A DNA stretch of 64,000 bases from Escherichia coli (GCF_001677475.2 NZ_CP015229.1), one strand, 5' to 3'. Shown: positions 11,487 through 22,342, numbered from the stretch's first letter. Program-made: numbers and translations. The notes: a model not told the origin generated them from the sequence alone.

Positions 11487-12983
11487 TTAATCCTCTCGGG
11501 CAAAAAGTGCCTCTATAAAGTCGTCCGCCTTAAACGGACGCAAATCCTCAATACGTTCGCCGACACCAATGTAGCGGATAGGGATACCAAACTGGTCAGC
11601 CACCGAGAAAATTACCCCGCCTTTCGCCGTGCCGTCCAGTTTCGTTAGCGTGATGCCGGTTAAGCCAACAGCTTCGTGGAACAGTTTGGCCTGGCTTACC
11701 GCGTTCTGCCCGGTGCTGGCATCAATAGTCAGCATAACTTCATGCGGCGCTTCAACGTCGAGTTTCTTCATCACGCGGACGATTTTCTTCAACTCTTCCA
11801 TCAGATGCGATTTGTTCTGCAGACGTCCGGCGGTATCGGCAATCAGGACGTCGATATTACGCGCTTTAGCGGCCTGAATGGCGTCGAAGATAACAGAGGC
11901 GGAATCCGCACCGGTATGCTGGGCAATCACCGGAATATTGTTGCGCTGACCCCAGACCTGAAGCTGTTCAACCGCTGCCGCACGGAAAGTATCGCCCGCC
12001 GCCAGCATCACCGATTTACCCTGCTGCTCAAACTGACGCGCCAGCTTACCAATCGTCGTGGTTTTACCCACACCGTTGACGCCCACCATCAGGATCACGA
12101 ACGGCGTTTTACCTTCAACATTCAGCGGCTCATCGACTTTCGCCAGAATCTCGCCCATCTCTTCTTTCAGCAGGCCATAGAGCGCCTCGGCATCACGAAG
12201 CTGCTTGCGGGATGCGCCTTCTGTCAGATTGGTGATAATTTTACGTGTGGTTTCCACGCCCACATCGGCGATCAACAGCTGTTCTTCCAGCTCTTCAAAC
12301 AGATCATCGTCGATTTTTTTACCGCGGAACAGGCTGATAAATCCGGAACCGAGATTTTCTTTAGTTTTTAACAGGCTGCGTTTCAGGCGCGCGAAGAAAC
12401 CTTCTTTGGTCGGTTTTTCCTGCTCCTGAGCGATTTCTTCTACCGGCTGCTCTTCTTCTGCCGGAGGAACCACCATCACCGCCTCTTCTGCCGCTTCAGC
12501 AGCCAGCGCCTGTGCTTCCAGCTCTTCGTCGGTGATTTCTTCTTTAGCCGCTTCTTCTTCCGCCGCTTCGACAATCTCTACGGTTTCCGCTTCGGCCTGC
12601 CACTCTTCTGGCGAAACCTCTTCGGCTTTGACGTCTTCCGGCAACGGCAGCTCTTCACGCTCGATAGCCACTGGCTCCGGCGTTTCTTCTACGACCAGTT
12701 CCGGCTGTGCAACGACTTCCGCTTCAGGCTGCGCTTTTTCACTTTCAGCAACCTGTTCAGTGACTTCCACAACGTCGGCAGCAAAAGTTTCCGCCTCAGC
12801 TTCAGTATGCGCCTGCGGCTGCTCTTCAACGGCGTGTTCAGAAGCCTTCACAGGCTCTTGCGCCTGAACGATTTCTTCTACAACCGGTTGTTCATTCTGA
12901 ACTTCTGTCTCTTTTTCCGGGGTCTGCTCTTTTTGACCAAAGCCCAGCCAGGAAAAAAAGCCACGTTTTTTTTCTTTCGCCAT
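11487..12983 (-). CDS. ftsY: signal recognition particle receptor FtsY
   Basis: 498-aa ORF with acidic Glu-rich N-terminal domain and SRP-GTPase NG domain (GVNGVGKTTTIGKLA, DTAGR). Confidence 0.95.
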   Translation of the reverse strand: MAKEKKRGFFSWLGFGQKEQTPEKETEVQNEQPVVEEIVQAQEPVKASEHAVEEQPQAHTEAEAETFAADVVEVTEQVAESEKAQPEAEVVAQPELVVEETPEPVAIEREELPLPEDVKAEEVSPEEWQAEAETVEIVEAAEEEAAKEEITDEELEAQALAAEAAEEAVMVVPPAEEEQPVEEIAQEQEKPTKEGFFARLKRSLLKTKENLGSGFISLFRGKKIDDDLFEELEEQLLIADVGVETTRKIITNLTEGASRKQLRDAEALYGLLKEEMGEILAKVDEPLNVEGKTPFVILMVGVNGVGKTTTIGKLARQFEQQGKSVMLAAGDTFRAAAVEQLQVWGQRNNIPVIAQHTGADSASVIFDAIQAAKARNIDVLIADTAGRLQNKSHLMEELKKIVRVMKKLDVEAPHEVMLTIDASTGQNAVSQAKLFHEAVGLTGITLTKLDGTAKGGVIFSVADQFGIPIRYIGVGERIEDLRPFKADDFIEALFARED

Positions 12984-13132
12984 TTGCGACTACACTCCTC
13001 GCTGTTGCTTCATGGCACAGCGTTAACGCTATGTACATAGCAGCTAAAAAAATGATGAAATAGTCTATCACTTAACTTAATTCACATCACCGCCTGCAAG
13101 TATGTGTTATCTGGCGGATTGAGCAATTTATC

Positions 13133-13729
13133 ATGAAAAAACCGAATCATTCCGGCAGCGGCCAAATCCGCATTATTGGCGGGCAGTGGCGAGGCCGTAA
13201 ACTCCCGGTTCCTGATAGCCCAGGTCTGCGCCCCACCACAGACCGCGTACGCGAAACGTTGTTTAACTGGCTGGCTCCGGTCATTGTTGATGCCCAATGT
13301 CTGGATTGCTTCGCCGGGAGCGGCGCGCTGGGGCTGGAAGCGTTATCGCGCTACGCTGCGGGGGCCACGTTGATTGAGATGGATCGCGTGGTTTCTCAGC
13401 AGTTAATTAAGAATCTGGCGACACTAAAAGCAGGCAATGCACGCGTGGTGAACAGCAACGCAATGTCATTCCTGGCGCAAAAAGGCACACCGCATAATAT
13501 CGTGTTTGTCGATCCACCGTTCCGCCGTGGCTTGTTAGAAGAGACGATAAATTTACTGGAAGATAACGGCTGGCTGGCTGACGAAGCCCTGATTTATGTC
13601 GAAAGCGAAGTCGAAAACGGTCTGCCCACTGTTCCGGCAAACTGGTCATTACATCGGGAAAAAGTGGCGGGTCAGGTGGCTTATCGGCTGTATCAACGCG
13701 AAGCACAAGGAGAAAGTGATGCTGATTAA
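13133..13729 (+). CDS. rsmD: 16S rRNA (guanine966-N2)-methyltransferase RsmD
   Basis: 198-aa ORF, DCFAGSGALGLEA SAM-binding motif and DPPF motif. Confidence 0.9.
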   Translation: MKKPNHSGSGQIRIIGGQWRGRKLPVPDSPGLRPTTDRVRETLFNWLAPVIVDAQCLDCFAGSGALGLEALSRYAAGATLIEMDRVVSQQLIKNLATLKAGNARVVNSNAMSFLAQKGTPHNIVFVDPPFRRGLLEETINLLEDNGWLADEALIYVESEVENGLPTVPANWSLHREKVAGQVAYRLYQREAQGESDAD

Positions 13730-13988
13730 TATTGGTCGTTTGTTAATGCTCTGCGTTTGGGGATTTTTAATCCTCAACCTGGTGCATCCCTTCCCACGCC
13801 CGCTGAATATTTTCGTTAACGTGGCGCTGATTTTTACCGTGCTGATGCATGGTATGCAGTTGGCGCTATTGAAATCCACCTTACCGAAAGATGGCCCGCA
13901 GATGACCACCGCCGAAAAGGTGCGGATTTTCCTTTTCGGCGTGTTTGAACTGCTGGTCTGGCAGAAGAAATTTAAAGTTAAAAAATAA
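13719..13988 (+). CDS. yhhL: small inner membrane protein YhhL (DUF1145)
   Basis: In-frame ATG at 13719 inside track ORF 13596..13988 gives 89-aa MLINIGRLLMLCVWGFLILNLV...; overlaps rsmD stop. Confidence 0.7.
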   Translation: MLINIGRLLMLCVWGFLILNLVHPFPRPLNIFVNVALIFTVLMHGMQLALLKSTLPKDGPQMTTAEKVRIFLFGVFELLVWQKKFKVKK

Positions 13989-13990
13989 CC

Positions 13991-14350
13991 TTATTGTTCG
14001 CCTATAAAGCTGACAAAGCGCGTTCCTTTATAGCTCAGCGTACCTATATCGCCCACTGTCAGGGCGTGGTACTGCTGGGCGTCGAGGCGAAACGTCTGCT
14101 CCATTCCTCCGCTTTGCGGTTTGAAGCTTGCCTCATAGCGCATACTGGTGCCTGCCGGAGTCACTTCCTGCTGGCGCGAACGGCGATCGTTAATCGGTTT
14201 TTCCCGCTTGTTGCTCACCATCACCAGCTTTTGCTGGAGCGGCGCCATATCATTATCAGCTTTTTCCCGTCGTTGTTGCATAAAACGAAACGATGCGGCG
14301 ACGATGATTAAGCCAATGATAACAATAAAGAAAAGAGGTGGTTTACTCAT
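13991..14350 (-). CDS. yhhM: DUF2500 family protein YhhM
   Basis: 119-aa ORF with N-terminal TM helix; conserved position between yhhL and yhhN. Confidence 0.8.
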   Translation of the reverse strand: MSKPPLFFIVIIGLIIVAASFRFMQQRREKADNDMAPLQQKLVMVSNKREKPINDRRSRQQEVTPAGTSMRYEASFKPQSGGMEQTFRLDAQQYHALTVGDIGTLSYKGTRFVSFIGEQ

Positions 14351-14490
14351 CTTTATCCCTCATCGGAAAATGCGGAAATAAGCATACCCTGCCAGTTATG
14401 GTGTTGTCATCCGTCCACCCTCGCCACTAAACTGGAAGCAAGACCGTAGGCATTCCGCTTACGAAAAAATAACGAATTCAAGGAACTAAG

Positions 14491-15117
14491 ATGCTTTGGT
14501 CGTTTATCGCTGTCTGTCTTTCCGCATGGCTATCTGTGGATGCATCGTATCGTGGGCCAACCTGGCAACGCTGGGTGTTTAAACCGTTAACCCTTCTTCT
14601 CCTGCTGTTACTGGCCTGGCAAGCGCCGATGTTCGACGCCATTAGCTATCTGGTGCTGGCAGGGCTGTGCGCCTCACTGCTGGGCGATGCGCTAACCCTG
14701 TTGCCACGTCAACGTCTGATGTACGCCATCGGCGCGTTTTTCCTCTCGCACCTGCTGTACACCATCTATTTCGCCAGTCAGATGACGCTCTCTTTCTTCT
14801 GGCCTCTGCCACTGGTGTTGCTGGTTCTGGGTGCGCTGTTACTGGCGATTATCTGGACGCGGCTGGAAGAGTACCGTTGGCCTATCTGCACGTTTATCGG
14901 CATGACGCTGGTGATGGTGTGGCTGGCAGGTGAACTTTGGTTCTTCCGTCCGACCGCTCCGGCGCTCTCTGCGTTTGTTGGCGCTTCATTGCTGTTTATC
15001 AGTAACTTTGTCTGGCTGGGTAGCCACTATCGCCGCCGCTTCCGGGCAGATAACGCGATTGCTGCGGCCTGCTACTTTGCCGGTCATTTCCTCATCGTCC
15101 GCTCGCTGTATCTCTGA
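14491..15117 (+). CDS. yhhN: inner membrane protein YhhN (lysoplasmalogenase-like family)
   Basis: 208-aa polytopic membrane ORF, conserved synteny upstream of zntA. Confidence 0.8.
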
Positions 15118-15123
15118 TAAAAC

Positions 15124-15155
15124 TTGACTCTGGAGTCGACTCCAGAGTGTATCCT
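15124..15155 (+). promoter_or_regulatory. zntA promoter with ZntR (MerR-family) operator
   Basis: -35 TTGACT (15124-15129), perfect dyad ACTCTGGAGTCGACTCCAGAGT (15127-15148), -10 TATCCT (15150-15155), 20-bp spacer typical of MerR-type promoters. Confidence 0.8.
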
Positions 15156-15190
15156 TCGGTTAATGAGAAAAAACTTAACCGGAGGATGCC

Positions 15191-17389
15191 ATGTCGACTC
15201 CTGACAATCACGGCAAGAAAGCCCCTCAATTTGCTGCGTTCAAACCGCTAACCACGGTACAGAACGCCAACGACTGTTGCTGCGACGGCGCATGTTCCAG
15301 CACGCCAACTCTCTCTGAAAACGTCTCCGGCACCCGCTATAGCTGGAAAGTCAGCGGCATGGACTGCGCCGCCTGTGCGCGCAAGGTAGAAAATGCCGTG
15401 CGCCAGCTTGCAGGCGTGAATCAGGTGCAGGTACTGTTCGCCACCGAAAAACTGGTGGTTGATGCCGACAATGACATCCGTGCACAAGTTGAATCTGCGG
15501 TGCAAAGAGCAGGCTATTCCCTGCGCGATGAACAGGCTACCGACGAACCACAAGCATCACGCCTGAAAGAGAATCTGCCGCTGATTACGCTAATCGTGAT
15601 GATGGCAATCAGCTGGGGTCTGGAGCAGTTCAATCATCCGTTCGGTCAACTGGCGTTTATCGCGACCACGCTGGTTGGGCTGTACCCAATTGCTCGTCAG
15701 GCATTACGGCTGATCAAATCCGGCAGTTACTTCGCCATTGAAACCTTAATGAGCATAGCCGCTATTGGTGCGCTGTTTATTGGCGCAACGGCTGAAGCTG
15801 CGATGGTGTTGCTGCTGTTTTTGATTGGTGAACGACTGGAAGGCTGGGCCGCCAGCCGTGCGCGTCAGGGCGTTAGCGCGTTAATGGCGCTGAAACCGGA
15901 AACCGCCACGCGCCTGCGTAACGGTGAGCGTGAAGAGGTGGCGATTAACAGCCTGCGCCCTGGCGATGTGATTGAAGTCGCCGCAGGTGGACGTTTGCCT
16001 GCCGACGGTAAACTGCTCTCACCGTTTGCCAGTTTTGATGAAAGCGCCCTGACCGGCGAATCCATTCCGGTGGAGCGCGCGACGGGCGATAAAGTTCCTG
16101 CAGGAGCCACCAGCGTAGACCGTCTGGTAACGCTGGAAGTGCTGTCAGAACCGGGTGCCAGCGCCATTGACCGGATTCTGAAACTGATCGAAGAAGCCGA
16201 AGAGCGTCGCGCCCCCATTGAGCGGTTTATCGACCGTTTCAGCCGTATCTACACGCCCGCGATTATGGCCGTCGCCCTGCTGGTAACGCTGGTGCCGCCG
16301 CTGCTGTTTGCCGCCAGCTGGCAAGAGTGGATTTATAAAGGGCTGACGCTGCTGCTGATTGGTTGCCCGTGTGCGTTAGTTATCTCAACGCCTGCGGCGA
16401 TAACCTCCGGGCTGGCAGCAGCAGCGCGTCGTGGGGCGTTGATTAAAGGCGGTGCGGCGCTGGAACAACTAGGTCGTGTTACCCAAGTGGCGTTTGATAA
16501 AACCGGTACGCTGACCGTCGGTAAACCGCGCGTTACCGCGATTCATCCGGCAACGGGTATTAGTGAATCTGAACTGCTGACACTGGCGGCGGCGGTCGAG
16601 CAAGGCGCGACGCATCCACTGGCGCAAGCCATCGTACGCGAAGCACAGGTTGCTGAACTCGCCATTCCCACCGCCGAATCACAGCGGGCGCTGGTCGGGT
16701 CTGGCATTGAAGCGCAGGTTAACGGTGAGCGCGTGTTGATATGCGCTGCCGGGAAACATCCCGCTGATGCATTTGCTGGTTTGATTAATGAACTGGAAAG
16801 CGCCGGGCAAACAGTAGTGCTGGTAGTACGTAACGATGACGTGCTGGGTATCATTGCATTGCAGGATACTCTGCGCGCCGATGCTGCAACTGCCATCAGT
16901 GAACTGAACGCGCTGGGCGTCAAAGGGGTGATCCTCACCGGCGATAATCCACGCGCAGCGGCGGCAATTGCCGGGGAGTTGGGGCTGGAGTTTAAAGCGG
17001 GCCTGTTGCCGGAAGATAAAGTCAAAGCGGTGACCGAGCTGAATCAACATGCGCCGCTGGCGATGGTCGGTGACGGTATTAACGACGCGCCAGCGATGAA
17101 AGCCGCCGCTATTGGGATTGCAATGGGCAGTGGCACAGACGTGGCCCTGGAAACCGCCGACGCAGCATTAACCCATAACCACCTGCGCGGCCTGGTGCAA
17201 ATGATTGAACTGGCACGCGCCACTCACGCCAATATCCGCCAGAACATCACCATTGCGCTGGGGCTGAAAGGCGTTTTCCTCGTCACCACACTTTTAGGGA
17301 TGACCGGCCTGTGGCTGGCGGTGCTGGCAGATACGGGTGCGACGGTGCTGGTAACAGCGAATGCGTTAAGATTGTTGCGCAGGAGATAA
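15191..17389 (+). CDS. zntA: Zn(II)/Cd(II)/Pb(II)-translocating P-type ATPase ZntA
   Basis: 732-aa ORF; N-terminal metal-binding GMDCAAC, CPC motif (IGCPCAL), DKTGTLT phosphorylation site, GDGINDAP. Confidence 0.95.
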   Translation: MSTPDNHGKKAPQFAAFKPLTTVQNANDCCCDGACSSTPTLSENVSGTRYSWKVSGMDCAACARKVENAVRQLAGVNQVQVLFATEKLVVDADNDIRAQVESAVQRAGYSLRDEQATDEPQASRLKENLPLITLIVMMAISWGLEQFNHPFGQLAFIATTLVGLYPIARQALRLIKSGSYFAIETLMSIAAIGALFIGATAEAAMVLLLFLIGERLEGWAASRARQGVSALMALKPETATRLRNGEREEVAINSLRPGDVIEVAAGGRLPADGKLLSPFASFDESALTGESIPVERATGDKVPAGATSVDRLVTLEVLSEPGASAIDRILKLIEEAEERRAPIERFIDRFSRIYTPAIMAVALLVTLVPPLLFAASWQEWIYKGLTLLLIGCPCALVISTPAAITSGLAAAARRGALIKGGAALEQLGRVTQVAFDKTGTLTVGKPRVTAIHPATGISESELLTLAAAVEQGATHPLAQAIVREAQVAELAIPTAESQRALVGSGIEAQVNGERVLICAAGKHPADAFAGLINELESAGQTVVLVVRNDDVLGIIALQDTLRADAATAISELNALGVKGVILTGDNPRAAAAIAGELGLEFKAGLLPEDKVKAVTELNQHAPLAMVGDGINDAPAMKAAAIGIAMGSGTDVALETADAALTHNHLRGLVQMIELARATHANIRQNITIALGLKGVFLVTTLLGMTGLWLAVLADTGATVLVTANALRLLRRR

Positions 17390-17416
17390 GGCAAACCGAT
17401 CGCAACATTGAGCGCG

Positions 17417-17462
17417 ATCGGTCCCCTCGCTCCTCTGGGGAGAGGGTTAGGGTGAGGGGAAA
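17417..17462. repeat. GC-rich intergenic palindromic repeat unit (inverted copy of the element at 7196-7250)
   Basis: gtcccctcgctcctctggggagagggttagggtgagggg is the reverse complement of the livJ-proximal repeat; preceded by a short hairpin aaccgatcgc...gcgatcggt after the zntA stop. Confidence 0.5.
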
Positions 17463-17490
17463 AGGCGGCATCGAAGCCAATCAGCCCCCA

Positions 17491-17736
17491 TCAACCGCCT
17501 TTGCGAATCAAATAACGATAAGGCAGTCCATCCGTCTCTTTAGCAACCAGTTCGTGTTCCATAAAGGTACAAAACCCAGGAATATCGCGGGTAGTGGCCG
17601 GATCGTCGGCGATAATCAGCAACGTTTCGCCAGGCTGCATATTGCGCACGGTTTTGCGCACCATCATCACCGGTTCCGGGCAGCGCAGGCCAAGCGCGTC
17701 GAGTGTGTGGTCAGGGCTGGAAAAGAGATCGGTCAT
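17491..17736 (-). CDS. tusA: sulfur carrier protein TusA
   Basis: 81-aa ORF with CPxP motif ([17 protein letters not shown]). Confidence 0.9.
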
Positions 17737-17957
17737 TTTCTTCTCATCACTTAAAAAAACGGCGCTAGTTTACGCCCTGTGAGTCCGTAAGCAAACCAGG
17801 TTAACGATTGCGTGAAAATTAACCATTGCATTGTCAACGTAAAGCAGTATCATGCGGCGGCTCGAAAAAAGGGTAAGAACGTTATTTAATCAAGGTAAAA
17901 TAGCGTGTCGTACGTATTGGGTTCCCTCACCCCAATGGTTAATCAAAAAGGTACAAT

Positions 17958-18623
17958 ATGAACGTTTTCTCGCAAACTCAACGCTATAAGGCGTTGTTCT
18001 GGTTATCGTTATTTCATCTTCTGGTGATCACCTCCAGTAACTATCTGGTTCAGCTTCCGGTCTCCATTTTTGGTTTTCATACCACCTGGGGCGCGTTTAG
18101 CTTTCCGTTTATCTTTCTCGCTACTGACCTGACCGTGCGTATTTTTGGCGCGCCGCTGGCTCGTCGTATCATTTTTGCGGTAATGATCCCCGCATTGCTG
18201 ATCTCCTACGTCATCTCATCGCTGTTTTATATGGGGTCATGGCAGGGATTCGGCGCACTCGCCCACTTCAACCTGTTTGTCGCCCGTATCGCCACCGCCA
18301 GTTTCATGGCCTACGCGCTGGGGCAAATCCTCGACGTGCACGTTTTTAACCGCCTGCGTCAGAGTCGTCGCTGGTGGCTGGCACCGACGGCTTCCACCCT
18401 GTTTGGTAACGTCAGCGACACGCTGGCCTTCTTCTTCATAGCCTTCTGGCGTAGCCCGGATGCCTTTATGGCTGAACACTGGATGGAAATCGCGCTGGTC
18501 GATTACTGTTTCAAAGTGTTAATCAGTATCGTTTTCTTCCTGCCAATGTATGGCGTATTACTCAATATGCTGTTGAAAAGACTGGCAGATAAATCCGAAA
18601 TCAACGCTTTGCAGGCGAGTTAA
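17958..18623 (+). CDS. yhhQ: queuosine precursor transporter YhhQ
   Basis: 221-aa polytopic membrane ORF, conserved neighbour of tusA and dcrB. Confidence 0.85.
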   Translation: MNVFSQTQRYKALFWLSLFHLLVITSSNYLVQLPVSIFGFHTTWGAFSFPFIFLATDLTVRIFGAPLARRIIFAVMIPALLISYVISSLFYMGSWQGFGALAHFNLFVARIATASFMAYALGQILDVHVFNRLRQSRRWWLAPTASTLFGNVSDTLAFFFIAFWRSPDAFMAEHWMEIALVDYCFKVLISIVFFLPMYGVLLNMLLKRLADKSEINALQAS

Positions 18624-18695
18624 AGGTTCGTTATCAGAGTTGTGATAAGATGGATGAATGAGCCGTTATGGCCGTTTATCGAAAGGAAGAAGTCA

Positions 18696-19253
18696 ATGCG
18701 CAATCTGGTTAAATATGTCGGAATTGGCCTGCTGGTTATGGGGCTTGCGGCCTGTGATGATAAAGACACTAACGCTACGGCGCAGGGTTCGGTCGCGGAA
18801 AGTAACGCTACCGGGAATCCCGTCAACCTGCTTGATGGCAAGTTAAGTTTCTCGCTGCCAGCGGATATGACCGACCAGAGCGGTAAGCTGGGAACGCAGG
18901 CCAATAACATGCATGTCTGGTCCGACGCCACCGGGCAGAAAGCAGTCATCGTCATCATGGGCGATGATCCGAAAGAAGATCTGGCGGTGCTGGCGAAGCG
19001 TCTGGAAGATCAGCAACGTAGCCGCGATCCGCAGCTGCAAGTGGTAACCAATAAAGCCATTGAGCTGAAAGGTCACAAAATGCAGCAGTTAGACAGCATT
19101 ATCTCCGCGAAAGGCCAGACGGCGTACTCTTCCGTTATTCTGGGTAACGTGGGTAATCAACTGCTGACCATGCAAATTACGCTGCCCGCTGACGATCAGC
19201 AAAAAGCGCAGACCACCGCAGAAAACATCATTAATACGCTGGTTATTCAGTAA
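18696..19253 (+). CDS. dcrB: periplasmic lipoprotein DcrB
   Basis: ATG at 18696 preceded by AGGAAG; 185-aa product with lipobox LAAC; inside track ORF 18642..19253. Confidence 0.85.
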
Positions 19254-19256
19254 GTT

Positions 19257-20474
19257 TTAAGATGATGAGGCGGCCTCAGGGACGTGTTCCGGAGGCCGTT
19301 TTTTTAATCGCCACGTCAGTAATAACGCGATTGCGACCAGTCCCGCCGCCGCCAGATAAATCACCGGTACGCCCGCCCAGCTCATCACCAGCCCAGCCAG
19401 TGGTCCGGTCACGCCAAGCGATAAATCCATAAATACGGTGTAGGTTGCCAGCGCCGCCCCCTGATTTTGCTGTGGAACCGCTTTTACCGCCACTACGCCC
19501 AATGCCGGGAACACCAGCGAAAACCCTGCCCCCGCCAGTAAGACGCCGATTTTCGCCATCCACGGCATAGTCGCCACGCCAACCAGTAGCAGGCCGATTA
19601 TCTCAACGCTAAAGCAAATCATCGCCACGTTTAAGCCGCCGATACGGTTAATGCCGTTAGGGAATAACAAACGCGTACCGACAAACGCACAGCTAAACAG
19701 CGTCAGCGCGAAAGCCGCACCGTCCCAACCTTTAGCGTCATAAAACAGCGTGATAAAAGTGGCGATAACGCCAAATCCGGCGGAAGCCAGTGCCAGCGCC
19801 ATACCGTACAGCCAGACGCGCCCAAGCACCGCGCGAAACGGCAGCGGTTTGCCTTTACTGGCTTTTACCGTCGGACGCGGGATCGCCAACAAAATGGCCA
19901 CCAGCGCCACGCCCATAATGATTAACGCTAACGCCTGCAAGCCGCCCCAGTGATAAAACACGACACCTAACGGCGCACCCATCGCCATCGCCCCGTAAGT
20001 GACAATGCCGTTCCACGAAATCACCCGCCCGATATGCAGCGAGCCAACCACGCCAACGCCCCACAGGGTCGATCCCGTTCCGGCAAAACTTTGCCCAATC
20101 CCAAGGATGACGCGTCCCAGGCAAAGTAATAACAGGCTGATGACGGGCAGACTGGCGGTTAATCCTGCCGTCAGATATCCCAGACCGCTCAAAAAGCAGC
20201 CGCATAAACCGAAGACGACAATCTTTTTGGGTCCCAGCAAATCGGCGTAACGTCCGGCATGAGGGCGGCTCAGCAAGGTGGCGAAATATTGCAGGCTGAT
20301 AACCAATCCTGCCCAAAAAGCGCTAAAGCCCATCACATCATGGACATAGCCCGGTAATACAGCGAGCGGCAACCCGATGGTGAGGTAGCTGGCGAAGTTA
20401 AACATGACAATGGAGACAATGCGCAAATTCAGGCGCAATCCGTTTAGCGCGGGTTCGGCTACGGGTTCGGGCAT
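19257..20474 (-). CDS. yhhS: MFS transporter YhhS
   Basis: ORF 19257..20516; likely start MPEPVAEPALNGLRLNLR (405 aa); 12-TM MFS topology. Confidence 0.85.
   Translation of the reverse strand: MPEPVAEPALNGLRLNLRIVSIVMFNFASYLTIGLPLAVLPGYVHDVMGFSAFWAGLVISLQYFATLLSRPHAGRYADLLGPKKIVVFGLCGCFLSGLGYLTAGLTASLPVISLLLLCLGRVILGIGQSFAGTGSTLWGVGVVGSLHIGRVISWNGIVTYGAMAMGAPLGVVFYHWGGLQALALIIMGVALVAILLAIPRPTVKASKGKPLPFRAVLGRVWLYGMALALASAGFGVIATFITLFYDAKGWDGAAFALTLFSCAFVGTRLLFPNGINRIGGLNVAMICFSVEIIGLLLVGVATMPWMAKIGVLLAGAGFSLVFPALGVVAVKAVPQQNQGAALATYTVFMDLSLGVTGPLAGLVMSWAGVPVIYLAAAGLVAIALLLTWRLKKRPPEHVPEAASSS
19268..19306 (+). terminator. rho-independent terminator after dcrB (overlaps 3' end of convergent yhhS)
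   Basis: Stem cggcctc / gaggccg with 14-nt loop followed by a T7 run. Confidence 0.55.
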
Positions 20475-20605
20475 GAGGATCACCACATTTTTACAACAGT
20501 GTTTCATTTTTACCATGTGCTGACGTGAAAATCAGCAGTAAGAATCAGAATATTGCTGGCGTGACTCCCGCTACACTTAATACAAAAAGTCACAAGGAAG
20601 CCCCA

Positions 20606-21655
20606 ATGGAAACCCTTCAACCGGATAAAACAGGAATGCATATTCTGCTCAAGCTGGCCTCGCTGGTAGTGATTCTCGCCGGCATTCACGCAGCGGCAGA
20701 TATAATTGTGCAACTGTTACTGGCGCTCTTTTTCGCCATTGTCCTCAATCCGCTGGTCACCTGGTTTATTCGTCGTGGAGTACAACGCCCCGTTGCCATT
20801 ACCATTGTGGTGGTGGTGATGCTGATAGCACTTACTGCGCTGGTCGGCGTACTGGCGGCATCGTTTAACGAATTTATCTCTATGCTGCCGAAGTTTAATA
20901 AGGAGCTGACGCGCAAACTTTTTAAATTGCAGGAGATGTTGCCTTTTCTTAATTTGCATATGTCGCCGGAGCGAATGCTGCAGCGGATGGACTCGGAAAA
21001 AGTGGTTACCTTCACCACGGCGCTAATGACCGGGCTTTCCGGGGCAATGGCGAGCGTGCTTTTGCTGGTGATGACCGTAGTTTTTATGCTGTTTGAAGTG
21101 CGCCACGTCCCTTACAAAATGCGTTTTGCGCTGAATAACCCACAGATTCACATCGCAGGATTACACCGCGCACTTAAAGGCGTTTCGCATTATCTGGCGT
21201 TAAAGACGCTACTCAGTTTATGGACAGGTGTCATCGTCTGGCTGGGGCTGGAGCTGATGGGGGTGCAGTTTGCGCTGATGTGGGCAGTACTGGCGTTTTT
21301 GCTCAACTACGTGCCCAATATCGGCGCGGTAATTTCCGCCGTACCGCCAATGGTTCAGGTGCTGCTTTTTAATGGCGTTTACGAATGTATTCTGGTCGGC
21401 GCATTGTTTTTAGTGGTCCATATGGTCATCGGCAATATTTTAGAACCACGGATGATGGGCCATCGCCTGGGGATGTCCACCATGGTGGTATTTCTTTCAT
21501 TGTTAATTTGGGGATGGCTGCTCGGCCCGGTAGGGATGCTACTTTCGGTGCCATTAACCAGCGTGTGTAAAATCTGGATGGAAACCACCAAAGGCGGTAG
21601 CAAACTGGCGATTTTACTGGGACCAGGCAGACCGAAAAGTCGGTTACCGGGATGA
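20606..21655 (+). CDS. yhhT: AI-2E/PerM family membrane protein YhhT
   Basis: ATG at 20606 (METLQPDKTGMHILLK...) gives 349 aa; inside track ORF 20525..21655. Confidence 0.85.
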   Translation: METLQPDKTGMHILLKLASLVVILAGIHAAADIIVQLLLALFFAIVLNPLVTWFIRRGVQRPVAITIVVVVMLIALTALVGVLAASFNEFISMLPKFNKELTRKLFKLQEMLPFLNLHMSPERMLQRMDSEKVVTFTTALMTGLSGAMASVLLLVMTVVFMLFEVRHVPYKMRFALNNPQIHIAGLHRALKGVSHYLALKTLLSLWTGVIVWLGLELMGVQFALMWAVLAFLLNYVPNIGAVISAVPPMVQVLLFNGVYECILVGALFLVVHMVIGNILEPRMMGHRLGMSTMVVFLSLLIWGWLLGPVGMLLSVPLTSVCKIWMETTKGGSKLAILLGPGRPKSRLPG

Positions 21656-21709
21656 GGCGACAAGTGATACGATACGCACTTTCATTTTCCATTATACGTT
21701 GGCCCTGAT

Positions 21710-22297
21710 ATGTATCGGATAGTTCTGGGGAAAGTTTCGACCTTAAGCGCAGCTCCACTGCCACCAGGTTTACGCGAGCAAGCCCCGCAAGGTCCACGAC
21801 GCGAACGCTGGCTGGCGGGGCGTGCATTACTTTCGCACACGCTTTCCCCGCTACCGGAGATCATCTATGGCGAACAAGGCAAACCGGCATTCGCGCCGGA
21901 AACGCCGCTATGGTTCAACTTAAGCCATAGCGGTGACGATATCGCCCTGCTGTTGAGCGATGAAGGCGAAGTCGGCTGCGATATCGAAGTGATTCGCCCG
22001 CGCGCCAACTGGCGCTGGCTGGCGAACGCCGTGTTCAGCCTCGGGGAACACGCTGAGATGGACGCCGTGCATCCCGATCAGCAACTAGAAATGTTCTGGC
22101 GCATCTGGACGCGCAAAGAAGCCATCGTTAAACAACGTGGCGGCAGCGCCTGGCAAATCGTCAGCGTAGACAGCACCTATCACTCATCACTGTCGGTCAG
22201 CCATTGCCAGCTTGATAATTTAAGCCTGGCGATCTGCACTCCCACCCCCTTTACGCTCTCCGCCGACAGTGTGCAATGGATCGATTCAGTTAACTGA
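21710..22297 (+). CDS. acpT: 4'-phosphopantetheinyl transferase AcpT
   Basis: 195-aa ORF with PPTase-like motifs (FNLSHSGDDIALLL, WTRKEAIVK). Confidence 0.85.
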   Translation: MYRIVLGKVSTLSAAPLPPGLREQAPQGPRRERWLAGRALLSHTLSPLPEIIYGEQGKPAFAPETPLWFNLSHSGDDIALLLSDEGEVGCDIEVIRPRANWRWLANAVFSLGEHAEMDAVHPDQQLEMFWRIWTRKEAIVKQRGGSAWQIVSVDSTYHSSLSVSHCQLDNLSLAICTPTPFTLSADSVQWIDSVN

Positions 22298-22342
22298 TCC
22301 GCCCACCCGACTGCCCATCTATTGATCCAGAACAGGTAATCA

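Noticed and set aside
11629..12429. Plus-strand ORFs of 82, 231 and 74 aa
   Set aside because: All lie antisense within ftsY, which has strong SRP-receptor GTPase motifs.
12532..12867. 111-aa serine-rich plus-strand ORF
   Set aside because: Antisense to the acidic Glu/Ala-rich domain of ftsY; compositional artefact of the repetitive GAA/GCT-rich sequence.
12400..12900. Apparent short tandem repeats in the ftsY 5' region
   Set aside because: Reflects the natural acidic repetitive A-domain of FtsY, not a CRISPR array or VNTR; no spacer-repeat periodicity.
15248..17050. Several minus-strand ORFs (101-160 aa) rich in Ala/Ser/Arg
   Set aside because: Antisense within zntA; typical GC-rich shadow frames.
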